NCBI GenBank assembly: GCA_945648485.1
Contig: CALZFR010000001.1
Location: 1-36,914, forward strand
DNA length: 36,914 nt
From: an uncultured Eubacterium sp.
GTDB lineage: Bacteria; Bacillota; Clostridia; Lachnospirales; Lachnospiraceae
Direction: 5' to 3'
A model generated the notes under the pieces. It had not been told where the DNA came from. It did not search any database and saw only the letters and a program-made list of their open reading frames with translations. Below, piece by piece: positions 10,380-19,386 of the stretch (positions are counted from its first letter, which is position 1; each line of letters opens with the position of its first letter). Made by a program: the position numbers and the translations under genes.

Positions 10380-10662
10380 AAGATTTGCGCATCTGCGGCA
10401 CGCAGACAGCCTCACTGTATGGCATATACACATATAACCGGAACACGAAGAGAATCTAAGTGTTGCGACACATATGAATTACACTCGCTTATTTCACCAA
10501 TGGTTCAAAACTCGCCCCTAGTCGGGGCTCAGACAGTTGCCCCATTGGTGGCGAAGTGTAATCCATACATGTCGCAGCACTAAGATTTCTTCTAAACGTT
10601 CCGGTTATATGTGTATATGCCATACAGTGAGGCTGTCTGTGTGCCGCAGATGCGCAAATCTT
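10380..10662. repeat. Long fold-back inverted-repeat element (REPIN/MITE-like)
   Basis: 10380-10444 is the reverse complement of 10598-10662 (65 bp, 1 difference). Imperfect pairing continues inward (~10447-10488 with ~10551-10592), then CACCAATGG/CCATTGGTG and a central GCCCC-TAGTC-GGGGC hairpin. Confidence 0.85.
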
Positions 10663-10702
10663 TAGCAACCCCACGGCTTATATTTTTGGAATAGATTACA
10701 TC

Positions 10703-12091
10703 TTAGAATTCATTTCCAGGGAACTTAGGAATGCCTGCAAATCCAGCCTGTAAATCTTCATCAGTAGGGATGTAATCAGACATTTCTCCATTGTTGAACT
10801 TCTCATATGCAACCATATCAAAATAACCTGTTCCTGTAAGTCCGAAGACGATAGTCTTTTCTTCTCCAGTTTCCTTGCACTTAAGAGCCTCATCAATAGC
10901 AACACGGATTGCATGGCTGCTTTCTGGAGCAGGAAGAATTCCTTCAACTCTGGCAAACTGTTCAGCAGCTTCAAATACAGATGTCTGCTCAACGCTTCTT
11001 GCCTGGATGATGCCATCATGGTAGAGCTGTGATACAATTGGGCTCATGCCATGGTAACGTAATCCTCCAGCATGGTTAGGTGATGGGATGAATCCGCTGC
11101 CAAGAGTGTACATCTTTGCAAGAGGACATACCTTTCCTGTATCGCAGAAATCATATGCATAAACACCTCGTGTAAGGCTTGGGCATGATGCTGGCTCAAC
11201 AGCAATAATCTGGTAATTCTGCTCACCTCTTAATATTTCACCTGCAAATGGAGAGATAAGACCACCAAGGTTAGAACCACCGCCGGCACATCCGATGATT
11301 ATGTCTGGTTTGATATTGTATTTATCCAGAGCTGTTTTTGTCTCAAGTCCGATAACTGTCTGATGAAGGAGTACCTGGTTAAGTACGCTTCCGAGAACAT
11401 AGCGGTAACCTTCCTGTTTTGTCTCTGCTTCAACTGCTTCAGATATGGCACATCCAAGACTTCCTGTTGTGCCAGGATGTTCAGCTAGAATCTTTCTTCC
11501 TACTTCAGTTGTGTTACTTGGAGATGGAGTTACAGATGCTCCATATGTTCTCATAACCTCACGTCTGAAAGGCTTCTGCTCATAAGAAACCTTTACCATA
11601 TATACCTGACAGTCCAGGTCAAAATATGAACATGCCATAGAAAGAGCTGTTCCCCACTGACCAGCACCTGTCTCTGTAGTTACACCCTTTAATCCCTGCT
11701 TCTTGGCATAGTAAGCCTGTGCAATGGCAGAATTAAGCTTATGGCTTCCGCTTGTGTTATTTCCCTCGAATTTGTAATATATCTTAGCTGGTGTATCAAG
11801 CTTCTTTTCCAGACAGTAAGCTCTTACCAGAGGAGAAGGACGATACATTTTGTAGAATTCCCTGATTTCCTCAGGAATGTCTATATATGGATTAGTTTCA
11901 TCCAGCTCCTGAGCAATAAGGTCGTCACAGAATACAGCTTTAAGCTCATCTGCTGTCATAGGTTTAAGTGTGCCTGGATTAAGCAGTGGCGCAGGCTTAT
12001 TCTTCATATCAGCACGCACGTTATACCATTGTGTTGGCATCTCATTTTCTTCAAGATAAATCTTGTAAGGTATTTTGTGTTCAGAACTCAT
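10703..12091 (-). CDS. trpB: Stand-alone tryptophan synthase beta chain-like PLP enzyme (TrpB2)
   Basis: PLP lysine motif GSHKLN, TTETGAGQWG, GGGSN, HAGGLRYHG, PAPESSHA; 462 aa with N-terminal extension typical of TrpB2; GGAGG RBS. Confidence 0.93.
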   Translation of the reverse strand: MSSEHKIPYKIYLEENEMPTQWYNVRADMKNKPAPLLNPGTLKPMTADELKAVFCDDLIAQELDETNPYIDIPEEIREFYKMYRPSPLVRAYCLEKKLDTPAKIYYKFEGNNTSGSHKLNSAIAQAYYAKKQGLKGVTTETGAGQWGTALSMACSYFDLDCQVYMVKVSYEQKPFRREVMRTYGASVTPSPSNTTEVGRKILAEHPGTTGSLGCAISEAVEAETKQEGYRYVLGSVLNQVLLHQTVIGLETKTALDKYNIKPDIIIGCAGGGSNLGGLISPFAGEILRGEQNYQIIAVEPASCPSLTRGVYAYDFCDTGKVCPLAKMYTLGSGFIPSPNHAGGLRYHGMSPIVSQLYHDGIIQARSVEQTSVFEAAEQFARVEGILPAPESSHAIRVAIDEALKCKETGEEKTIVFGLTGTGYFDMVAYEKFNNGEMSDYIPTDEDLQAGFAGIPKFPGNEF

Positions 12092-12194
12092 TATTAACCT
12101 CCTGATTGTTGGGTTGACCCCTGTTCTTATAAACCGGCATTTGTGTAAATATATTGTCTTACGTATTACTTACACAAAAGCGCTTCTACCAGCT

Positions 12195-12223
12195 ATTATA
12201 ATAAATATGAAAATTATCTTCAA
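12195..12223 (-). promoter_or_regulatory. Putative sigma-A promoter of trpB2
   Basis: Minus strand TTGAAG-17 bp-TATAAT. Confidence 0.6.
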
Positions 12224-12373
12224 TACAATATTTTTCTATATTAAAGCAGGAAAAATATGTTAGAATTATATTATACAAGGGTCAAAAGGTCAGAATTCAT
12301 TCCTGCTTGGGGGATAAGAGTTCTTAGTTGTTGAACCGCACACATATGAGAGAATAAGTCAGGCAGGTGGGAT

Positions 12374-13621
12374 ATGGTTAAGAAGATAAGAGTGATACTG
12401 GCGGCAGGTATTCTTCTGATATTTACGGCATGTAATGGGGCAATATATGAAAAATCAGGAGCTGATACCGTGAATGATGAGAAAGTCATTACTAATGAAC
12501 AGGGAGAGCCAGAAGAGGGTACCTATGCACAACGGGAAATAATTCTTACAAGAAGTTCGGAGTATCCTGAAAGTTACCTTCAGGAAATTATGGATACAAT
12601 TAAAACTGTTCAGGAGAAGAACAGAAAAGAATATGTAAGTTATTTATTTGTTACGGATCTGCATATTGATGACACTGAGCAGATTAAGGAGGCTGGATAC
12701 CATGCATTAAATGCTGTGGTTGATGTGGCTAATAATACAGATATTGATTTTGTTTGTGTAGGAGGAGACCTGTATAGCGGAAAACATGCTGAGGATAACG
12801 GAAAGCAGAATGCCATGGAACTTATACAGTCGATTTCTGATATATTAAAGAATTGTGACAAGCCGGTTTTCATACTTCATGGAAATCATGATGATAACAG
12901 TTTTTCCGGACAGATTAATGGAGAATTATATTTTGACCCGGATTATGTAATTAATGATGATGAATGGTATTCTGTGACAATGGCTAATTTCAGCCAGTAT
13001 GCACAGAGCTACCATAATGGTTATTTTTATTATGATATTCCTGGCAAGAATGTAAGGGTTGTGTGTCTTAACATGAGCAACGCTGACCGAACTGTAGCTG
13101 ATGGGGAGAATAAGGAGATAGGAATGCTGTTCTATGGCTATAAGGATGAACAGATTCAGTGGCTTCTTGAGGATGCTTTCTCAAGACCTGACTGCAGGTA
13201 TTACATAATGGACCATGATGCATTTGATTATCCGGAAGGGTATTCTGCTGAAAGTAACAGAGAGGTGTTGCAGAATATTCTTGCAGCTGCATATGAGAAG
13301 AAACCTTATGATGATGGAAAGTTTGTAAAGGATTTCTCTGCCTGGTCAGGACAGCTTATGCTTATGAATGTGGGACATCTCCATCTGGAGCGTGCATACA
13401 GTGACCCTGACACGGGTGGACTGCCTATCCTTAATACCGACAGAGAGAAGCTGGGTAACGGACTGGTATGGGGAAACTTTGGTACCAAGAATTATTCAAC
13501 AATGAGAGGAAGAGTGGCAGGGGAGGTTACTGAAACAATATTTAATGTGGTAATCAGCCAGCCAGGAAGAGTGGACATTGTAAGATTTGGTGCAGGAGAT
13601 GATTACTATCTTGAATATTAA
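12374..13621 (+). CDS. Metallophosphoesterase (calcineurin-like), probable lipoprotein
   Basis: Basic N-terminus, hydrophobic stretch and lipobox-like FTAC; metal motifs DLH, GGD, GNHD, GHLH. Confidence 0.85.
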   Translation: MVKKIRVILAAGILLIFTACNGAIYEKSGADTVNDEKVITNEQGEPEEGTYAQREIILTRSSEYPESYLQEIMDTIKTVQEKNRKEYVSYLFVTDLHIDDTEQIKEAGYHALNAVVDVANNTDIDFVCVGGDLYSGKHAEDNGKQNAMELIQSISDILKNCDKPVFILHGNHDDNSFSGQINGELYFDPDYVINDDEWYSVTMANFSQYAQSYHNGYFYYDIPGKNVRVVCLNMSNADRTVADGENKEIGMLFYGYKDEQIQWLLEDAFSRPDCRYYIMDHDAFDYPEGYSAESNREVLQNILAAAYEKKPYDDGKFVKDFSAWSGQLMLMNVGHLHLERAYSDPDTGGLPILNTDREKLGNGLVWGNFGTKNYSTMRGRVAGEVTETIFNVVISQPGRVDIVRFGAGDDYYLEY

Positions 13622-13731
13622 CACAGATTTTACGTTGGACAGTGTCTGGATATTATTGTATTTGTCAGCTTATTATGATAAAATTATAACAATAGCTGAA
13701 AACAATCTGATTTATGCTGGAGGATATGAAG

Positions 13732-15192
13732 ATGTTAACTAATGATGCAACAATCCTTAAAATCAAACATGAAGTTAATTATGAAGTGGCAAAACTGGCT
13801 TTTGATGGAACATTTGAAGAGAAGAAAGACGAGATTCCATTTAAGATGATACCTGGTCTTCGTCCGAAGTTCAGATGCTGTGTGTATAAGGAAAGAGAGA
13901 TTATCAGACAGAGAATACGCCTTGCAGAAGGTCTGTGTCCTAACGATAATGGTCAGTCTGAATCGGACAATATAATTCAGGTTATTGGCTCTGCCTGTGC
14001 AGACTGTGCCCTTTCACATTATATTGTTACTGATAACTGTAGAAAATGTATGGCAAAGGCATGTCAGCAGGCATGTAAGTTTGGTGCTATTTCTATGGGA
14101 AGAGACAGGGCTTACATTGAACCGGATAAATGTAAGGAATGCGGAATGTGTGCCAAGGCATGTCCTTACAATGCCATTGCCGACCTTATCAGACCATGTA
14201 AGCTGGCATGTCCTGTTGGGGCAATTAATATGGATGAGAACGGAATATGTGTAATTGATGATGAAAAATGTATCCGTTGCGGTAAGTGCATCCATAGATG
14301 TCCATTTGGAGCTATTGGTTCTAAGTCAGATATTGTTTCTGTTATTAATGACATTCGTGATGGTAAGAATGTTATTGCCATGTTTGCTCCTGCTGTTGAG
14401 GGACAGTTTGGCGCTGATATATCTATGTCAAGTATAAGAACAGCATGTAAGAAGCTGGGATTTTCTGATATGATTGAAGTTGGTCTGGGAGGCGATTTTA
14501 CAGCTGCCAGCGAAGCTGATGAGTGGATTGAAGCATATGAGTCAGGCAAGAAGAAGACTACATCATGCTGTCCTGCATTTGTTAATATGATAAAGAAGCA
14601 TTTTCCTGAGCTTTCAGGATACATATCTACTACTGTTTCTCCTATGTGTGCAGTGTCACGTATGCTTAAGGCAAAATATCCTGATTGTGTCACTGTATTT
14701 GTGGGACCTTGTATTGCCAAGAAGGATGAAGTTTTAGACAAGTCTGTTCAGGGCAATGCTGATTATGCTCTCACAATCGGAGAGTTCCGTTCTATGATGA
14801 AAGCTAAGAAGGTTGTTTTCGAGTCAGAGGAAAATGATACACAGCAGGCAAGTGTATTCGGAAAAAGATTTGGCAATGGCGGCGGCGTAACCAGTGCTGT
14901 GCTTAAATCTATGGAAGAGGTTGGATTTGATACAGAGGAACTTAAGGTTGAGAAATGTGCAGGAGCTGACCAGTGTAAGAGAGCACTCCTTCTGCTGAAG
15001 GCAGGTAAGCTTCCTGCTGACTTTATTGAAGGAATGATGTGCGAGGGCGGATGTGTCGGAGGTCCAAGTCAGCACAAGTCAGAGACAGCATTTAAAAAGG
15101 ACAGGGATTTCCTTATATCTGAAGCGGATGACAGGGGAGTAAGAGAGAATATCAGCAACTTTAATCCTGATTCATTCACAATGCACAGATAA
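13732..15192 (+). CDS. Monomeric [FeFe]-hydrogenase with ferredoxin domains (group B-like)
   Basis: H-cluster motifs TSCCPAF, GPCIAKKDE, EGMMCEGGCVGG; several CxxCxxCxxxC motifs; N-terminal CCVYKERE. Start 13732 lies 8 nt after GGAGG (alternatives 13714/13726). Confidence 0.88.
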   Translation: MLTNDATILKIKHEVNYEVAKLAFDGTFEEKKDEIPFKMIPGLRPKFRCCVYKEREIIRQRIRLAEGLCPNDNGQSESDNIIQVIGSACADCALSHYIVTDNCRKCMAKACQQACKFGAISMGRDRAYIEPDKCKECGMCAKACPYNAIADLIRPCKLACPVGAINMDENGICVIDDEKCIRCGKCIHRCPFGAIGSKSDIVSVINDIRDGKNVIAMFAPAVEGQFGADISMSSIRTACKKLGFSDMIEVGLGGDFTAASEADEWIEAYESGKKKTTSCCPAFVNMIKKHFPELSGYISTTVSPMCAVSRMLKAKYPDCVTVFVGPCIAKKDEVLDKSVQGNADYALTIGEFRSMMKAKKVVFESEENDTQQASVFGKRFGNGGGVTSAVLKSMEEVGFDTEELKVEKCAGADQCKRALLLLKAGKLPADFIEGMMCEGGCVGGPSQHKSETAFKKDRDFLISEADDRGVRENISNFNPDSFTMHR

Positions 15193-15235
15193 TTGCAACA
15201 TTAAGGCGGTAGAGATAAGAAAGGCATAATTAACG

Positions 15236-15796
15236 ATGGAATTCCAGGGAATTGAGAAGGTTCATGAGGGAAGATTTATTGACAGGTATAATCTTACATA
15301 TGTCACTAAAGATAACAGAACCAAGGTATATGAGATAATCAGTCGTAATAAGGATTTGACTGGTCCTGAAGAAATCAGGAATCCACATACAGATGGTGTG
15401 GTGATAGTAGTAACTGACCAGAATGATGAGAAGATACTTCTCAACAGGGAATTTCGTATGGCAGTGAATGATTATGTGTATAATTTTCCGGCAGGGCTTA
15501 TTGATCCGGGGGAAACTCCGGAAATTGCAGCTGCAAGGGAGTTAAGGGAAGAGACAGGGCTTACTCTTTTGTCTATTGAGGATAAACTCTATGACAGCTA
15601 CAGTGCAATTGGATTCTCAAATGAGACTAATGCAGTGGTAATTGGAAAGGCAAGTGGGGAGTTTGCTCCAAGCACATCTACCCTTGAGGAGATTGAGGCT
15701 GCATGGTACACTAAAAAACAGGTGAAGGAACTGCTTAAGAACAATCATTTTGCGGCAAGAACACAGGCATATTGCTATATGTGGTCGAAGAACTAG
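15236..15796 (+). CDS. Nudix hydrolase (ADP-ribose pyrophosphatase-like)
   Basis: Nudix box GLIDPGETPEIAAARELREETGL. Confidence 0.92.
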   Translation: MEFQGIEKVHEGRFIDRYNLTYVTKDNRTKVYEIISRNKDLTGPEEIRNPHTDGVVIVVTDQNDEKILLNREFRMAVNDYVYNFPAGLIDPGETPEIAAARELREETGLTLLSIEDKLYDSYSAIGFSNETNAVVIGKASGEFAPSTSTLEEIEAAWYTKKQVKELLKNNHFAARTQAYCYMWSKN

Positions 15797-15826
15797 ATAT
15801 TTGTTTTATAAGCGGAATGGAGGATT

Positions 15827-16777
15827 ATGATTAAATCAGAAGAAAAGCGATATGAATCATCCAGTGGAAGATGCAGTATTCATGCAGTTATATGGTATCC
15901 TGATGAAGAAAAATATGAAAAGCCTGTAGGCGTAGTACAGCTTGTTCATGGCATGATTGACCATATTGAAAGATTTACATGCATGGCAGAGTATTTTGCA
16001 GATAAGGGATATGTTGTGGCTGGCAATGACCATCTTGGACATGGGGAGTCAGTGGCAGACAAAAATGACTACGGATATTTCGATGATTCTGTTCCTGCTG
16101 AGGAAACAGGAATGTATCTTGTTATGGACATGCACAGGCTTACCAGAATAATGAAGAAGCGTTATCCTGACCTGCCTTATTTTATAATGGGTCACAGCAT
16201 GGGTTCATATATGCTTAGGAGATACCTTATTCAGTATGGGGATGATGTGGATGGAGCAGTAATTCTTGGAACAGGCAACCAGCCTATGGCTGTAGTTGAA
16301 GGTGGTATTCTGGCAGCTAAATCTGTGGCAAGGGCAAAGGGGGAAAGATATAGAAGCAGATTACTGTCAAAGCTTATGTTTGGCACATATAATACAAGAA
16401 TTACTGATGCAAAGAGTGAAAATGCATGGCTTACAAGAGATGAGGAAATTGTTGAATTATATGATAATGATGAGAAATGCTCTTTTGTATTCACTCCTAA
16501 TGCCTATCTTGGATTCTTAAATATTATCAAGTATGACATAAAGCCAGAGAATGTACGCAAAACTCCTGCCAGTCTGCCAGTTTTATTTGCTTCTGGATTA
16601 GAGGACCCTGTGGGTGATTATGGAAAGGGAGTTAAAAAGGCGTTCATGATGTACACCAGGTATCTGGACGATGTAGAGTTAAGGCTGTATGAAGACTGCA
16701 GACATGAGCTTCACAGCGAACTTAACAGGTATGAGATATTTGATGATATATACAGATGGATGCAGGAACACCTGTAA
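15827..16777 (+). CDS. Alpha/beta hydrolase, lysophospholipase/monoacylglycerol lipase-like
   Basis: HG oxyanion motif, DHLGHG, nucleophile GHSMG, EDPV, RHE; GGAGG RBS. Confidence 0.9.
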   Translation: MIKSEEKRYESSSGRCSIHAVIWYPDEEKYEKPVGVVQLVHGMIDHIERFTCMAEYFADKGYVVAGNDHLGHGESVADKNDYGYFDDSVPAEETGMYLVMDMHRLTRIMKKRYPDLPYFIMGHSMGSYMLRRYLIQYGDDVDGAVILGTGNQPMAVVEGGILAAKSVARAKGERYRSRLLSKLMFGTYNTRITDAKSENAWLTRDEEIVELYDNDEKCSFVFTPNAYLGFLNIIKYDIKPENVRKTPASLPVLFASGLEDPVGDYGKGVKKAFMMYTRYLDDVELRLYEDCRHELHSELNRYEIFDDIYRWMQEHL

Positions 16778-16781
16778 TAAC

Positions 16782-16822
16782 AAAGCCAGCTTCTGCTTTT
16801 GGTTTGCAGAAGCTGGCTTTTT
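16782..16822. terminator. Bidirectional intrinsic terminator between convergent genes
   Basis: 15-bp stem AAAGCCAGCTTCTGC / GCAGAAGCTGGCTTT with a T tail. Confidence 0.85.
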
Positions 16823-16851
16823 AGTTCACAATTATTATAAATGTAATCTGT

Positions 16852-17775
16852 TTACTTTGCTACAAGAGGAAGGATTGTCTCGTATTTTGGTATATATCCG
16901 ATACCCATTGTGTATGAACCTGTGTGGCATCCTGTTATCATGCTGACCCGGGAGTCAAATCTTTCTCTGCTCTCCACACATACAACACCTAATTCTTCCT
17001 CAAGTCTGCGTCTTAAATCAGCACACTCGTCTATACCCTCTTTTGTAGTATCAGATGTACCTGTTGTAAAATCATATGTGGAAGGGTCGATATTGTTGAT
17101 TCGGAAATGATGCTTAACACCTTCAAGAACGCCGGTTACAGACTTCTTTCTGGTTCTGGTAATAGAAGAAATGCTGATTTCTCCATTGTTAAGGTACAGA
17201 ACAGGACGGATATTAAGCATTCCTGTTATAAGTGATGCAACTTTGCCAATTCTCCCGCCTTTCTGAAGATAATCAAGACCTTCAATTACGAAATAAACTG
17301 TTCCCAGCTTGGTCATCTCATCAAGAACCTTAATAGCTGTCTCATAGGGTACGTTATCCCGGTTCATTCTTACAGCCTCATATACAAGAAGTTCCTGGGC
17401 AGCAGAATTTAACTGGGAATTGATTACCGTAATCTGCGCATCGGGATATTCTTCTCTAATCTGGTCAGCTGCCATATTAGCTGAATTAAAAGAACCACTG
17501 AACAAGGTTGATATGGTAATTGCAATTATTGGAGTGTTCTCCTTGACATATGGCATGAAGTAATCAATGTAATCATGAACACTTGGCATTGAAGTTTTAG
17601 GGTATACTTTCTCACTGGTCATTCTGTTGTAGAAATCCTCAGTGGTAAGTTCATATTGTGCTTTTAAATAGTTTTCTCCATCAAATGAAACATAAAGTGG
17701 AACAATAGTTACTCCTAAGGATTCTGCATATTCAACTGTAAAGTCACAGGGGGTGTCGCTAAAAATCTTAAACAT
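16852..17775 (-). CDS. DegV-family fatty acid-binding protein (FakB-like)
   Basis: SDTPCD, PKTSMPS, ISTLFSGSFNSA, LQKGGRIG, LNIRPVL motifs. Start is 17775 (GGAG RBS) or 17787. Confidence 0.92.
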   Translation of the reverse strand: MFKIFSDTPCDFTVEYAESLGVTIVPLYVSFDGENYLKAQYELTTEDFYNRMTSEKVYPKTSMPSVHDYIDYFMPYVKENTPIIAITISTLFSGSFNSANMAADQIREEYPDAQITVINSQLNSAAQELLVYEAVRMNRDNVPYETAIKVLDEMTKLGTVYFVIEGLDYLQKGGRIGKVASLITGMLNIRPVLYLNNGEISISSITRTRKKSVTGVLEGVKHHFRINNIDPSTYDFTTGTSDTTKEGIDECADLRRRLEEELGVVCVESRERFDSRVSMITGCHTGSYTMGIGYIPKYETILPLVAK

Positions 17776-17884
17776 AATACTCTCCATTCAATAGACGTTT
17801 TTAGTAATATAACACATAGTTTTTAAAACCACAATATTGTTTCAGTGCTTTATATATTTTTTAGAAAATTATTAAAAACTATAC

Positions 17885-17913
17885 TTGAAATCTATAAAAA
17901 TATGTGATAGTAT
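17885..17913 (+). promoter_or_regulatory. Putative sigma-A promoter of the surface protein gene
   Basis: TTGAAA-17 bp-TAGTAT with extended -10 TG. Confidence 0.55.
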
Positions 17914-18085
17914 AACAACATCGGTATACTGATACGCGCGAATATTTACTTTTACAGAACTCTGGCACTCCATTTCCGGCCGGAATGGACTGCGTCATTG
18001 GCAGATTATTACTTATAAGCTTGACCTGCATATGCCATTTTTTCACAGAATAACAATATTATACATTAGTTTAAGGAGGATTTTA

Positions 18086-19315
18086 ATGAGATATAGGAAC
18101 AGATTAATAGCTGTATCAGCTGCACTTATAAGTGCTGTTGGACTTATTTTTGGAATATCTGCTGGAATAATGGCTGGCAGAATGATACATCATAGTAATG
18201 GAATGATTACAGATGTCAAAGATGTGATATTTATGGAACCTGTATGTGTTATGGCAGCAGAACCAGATGAAAGTACAGGGAATGTATTGCAGCAGACAGA
18301 GAATCAGGGTGCTGTGCCTGTTTTGCTGACAGCAGATGATGGTGCTCCGGTGCTTGAATCTGTTTTAATTGCTGATACATGGCAAGGAGTTAATCCGGGA
18401 GATACCATAAGACTGACTCTTGGAATTAAATCATCTGAGAGCAGCATTACCGGCGCTGCAGCAGTTTTTAAAAGTGAGGAGGGCAGAACAATAACTGCTG
18501 GAGGAGAGAATGTCACCCTCACAGAAGGAAAATACCTTGATATAACTGTGCCTTTATATACATTTGGAGGAAAGTACACTATAGAGAGAATTACTCTTGC
18601 TAACAGCCAGAATAAGGTATCTATGTATGTTAATCCTTATGTTTATTCAGGAAGCCATACAGTTACACGAAAAGAAAACCTGACAGATGACCAGGTGAAG
18701 CTCTGCATTATAGTGAATAATGAAAAGAATGATTCAAAGCCTCCTGTTATCAGTGAGTTTGAAATTGAAAAAGAGGAAGCTGTTCCCGGAGATGAATTAA
18801 AATTTGCTGTTAAAGCATACGATCCGTATGAATCCTCAGTGGATGCATTTGACAAAGAAGTGCTGTATGCAGGTTCCGGGCTTTCTTCTGTCAGATTTGT
18901 CTGGGAGAGACAACGGCAGGAAGAAGATGGCGATTCATTATTAAAATGCTTCACTTTTTCTGAAAATATTCTTTTTTCAGACATGAAGAATAATGACGGA
19001 ATATACACGGGAACCATAAAGCTGCCAGAGGATTGCATGCCGGGCACGTATGGGATAAAGAATATTACAGTCACAGATATGTGTGGCAATGAGGCTGAAT
19101 ATACAGAATTTAACGCAGACATCGCCGTGTCTGAGAAGTCATCTGATAAATCAGCAGTTTTCTTAAGCTCAAGGAATGAGGCTGTACCAGTAACGGCAAC
19201 ACAGACTCCACGCACAGGAGACAGTGCACCTTTAATGGCTCTGATATTTGTATTGTCTGCTGCGGGATTAGTAATTATCAAGAATGTTTTGAAGTTTAAA
19301 GTAAGCCAGAATTAA
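18086..19315 (+). CDS. Putative sortase-anchored cell-surface protein with Ig-like repeats
   Basis: AAGGAGG RBS; basic plus hydrophobic N-terminus; two related beta-rich modules (PGD..; G.Y.I..IT..[N/D]..N); C-terminal TPRTGD, hydrophobic segment and Lys tail. Confidence 0.75.
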   Translation: MRYRNRLIAVSAALISAVGLIFGISAGIMAGRMIHHSNGMITDVKDVIFMEPVCVMAAEPDESTGNVLQQTENQGAVPVLLTADDGAPVLESVLIADTWQGVNPGDTIRLTLGIKSSESSITGAAAVFKSEEGRTITAGGENVTLTEGKYLDITVPLYTFGGKYTIERITLANSQNKVSMYVNPYVYSGSHTVTRKENLTDDQVKLCIIVNNEKNDSKPPVISEFEIEKEEAVPGDELKFAVKAYDPYESSVDAFDKEVLYAGSGLSSVRFVWERQRQEEDGDSLLKCFTFSENILFSDMKNNDGIYTGTIKLPEDCMPGTYGIKNITVTDMCGNEAEYTEFNADIAVSEKSSDKSAVFLSSRNEAVPVTATQTPRTGDSAPLMALIFVLSAAGLVIIKNVLKFKVSQN

Positions 19316-19386
19316 CAAGTTGGCAAAATCTTATCTGTGTTGTATCATTATTTCTATGACAGGTTGACGGAAGAATGGAGATAGTT

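Noticed and set aside
10489-10674. 61-aa ORF inside the inverted repeat
   Set aside because: No RBS or protein motif; explained by the repeat arm; not a transposase remnant that I can recognise
12280-12294. CtsR-box-like GGTCAAA-A-GGTCAGA
   Set aside because: Heptads are 1 nt apart instead of the canonical 3 and are not upstream of clp genes
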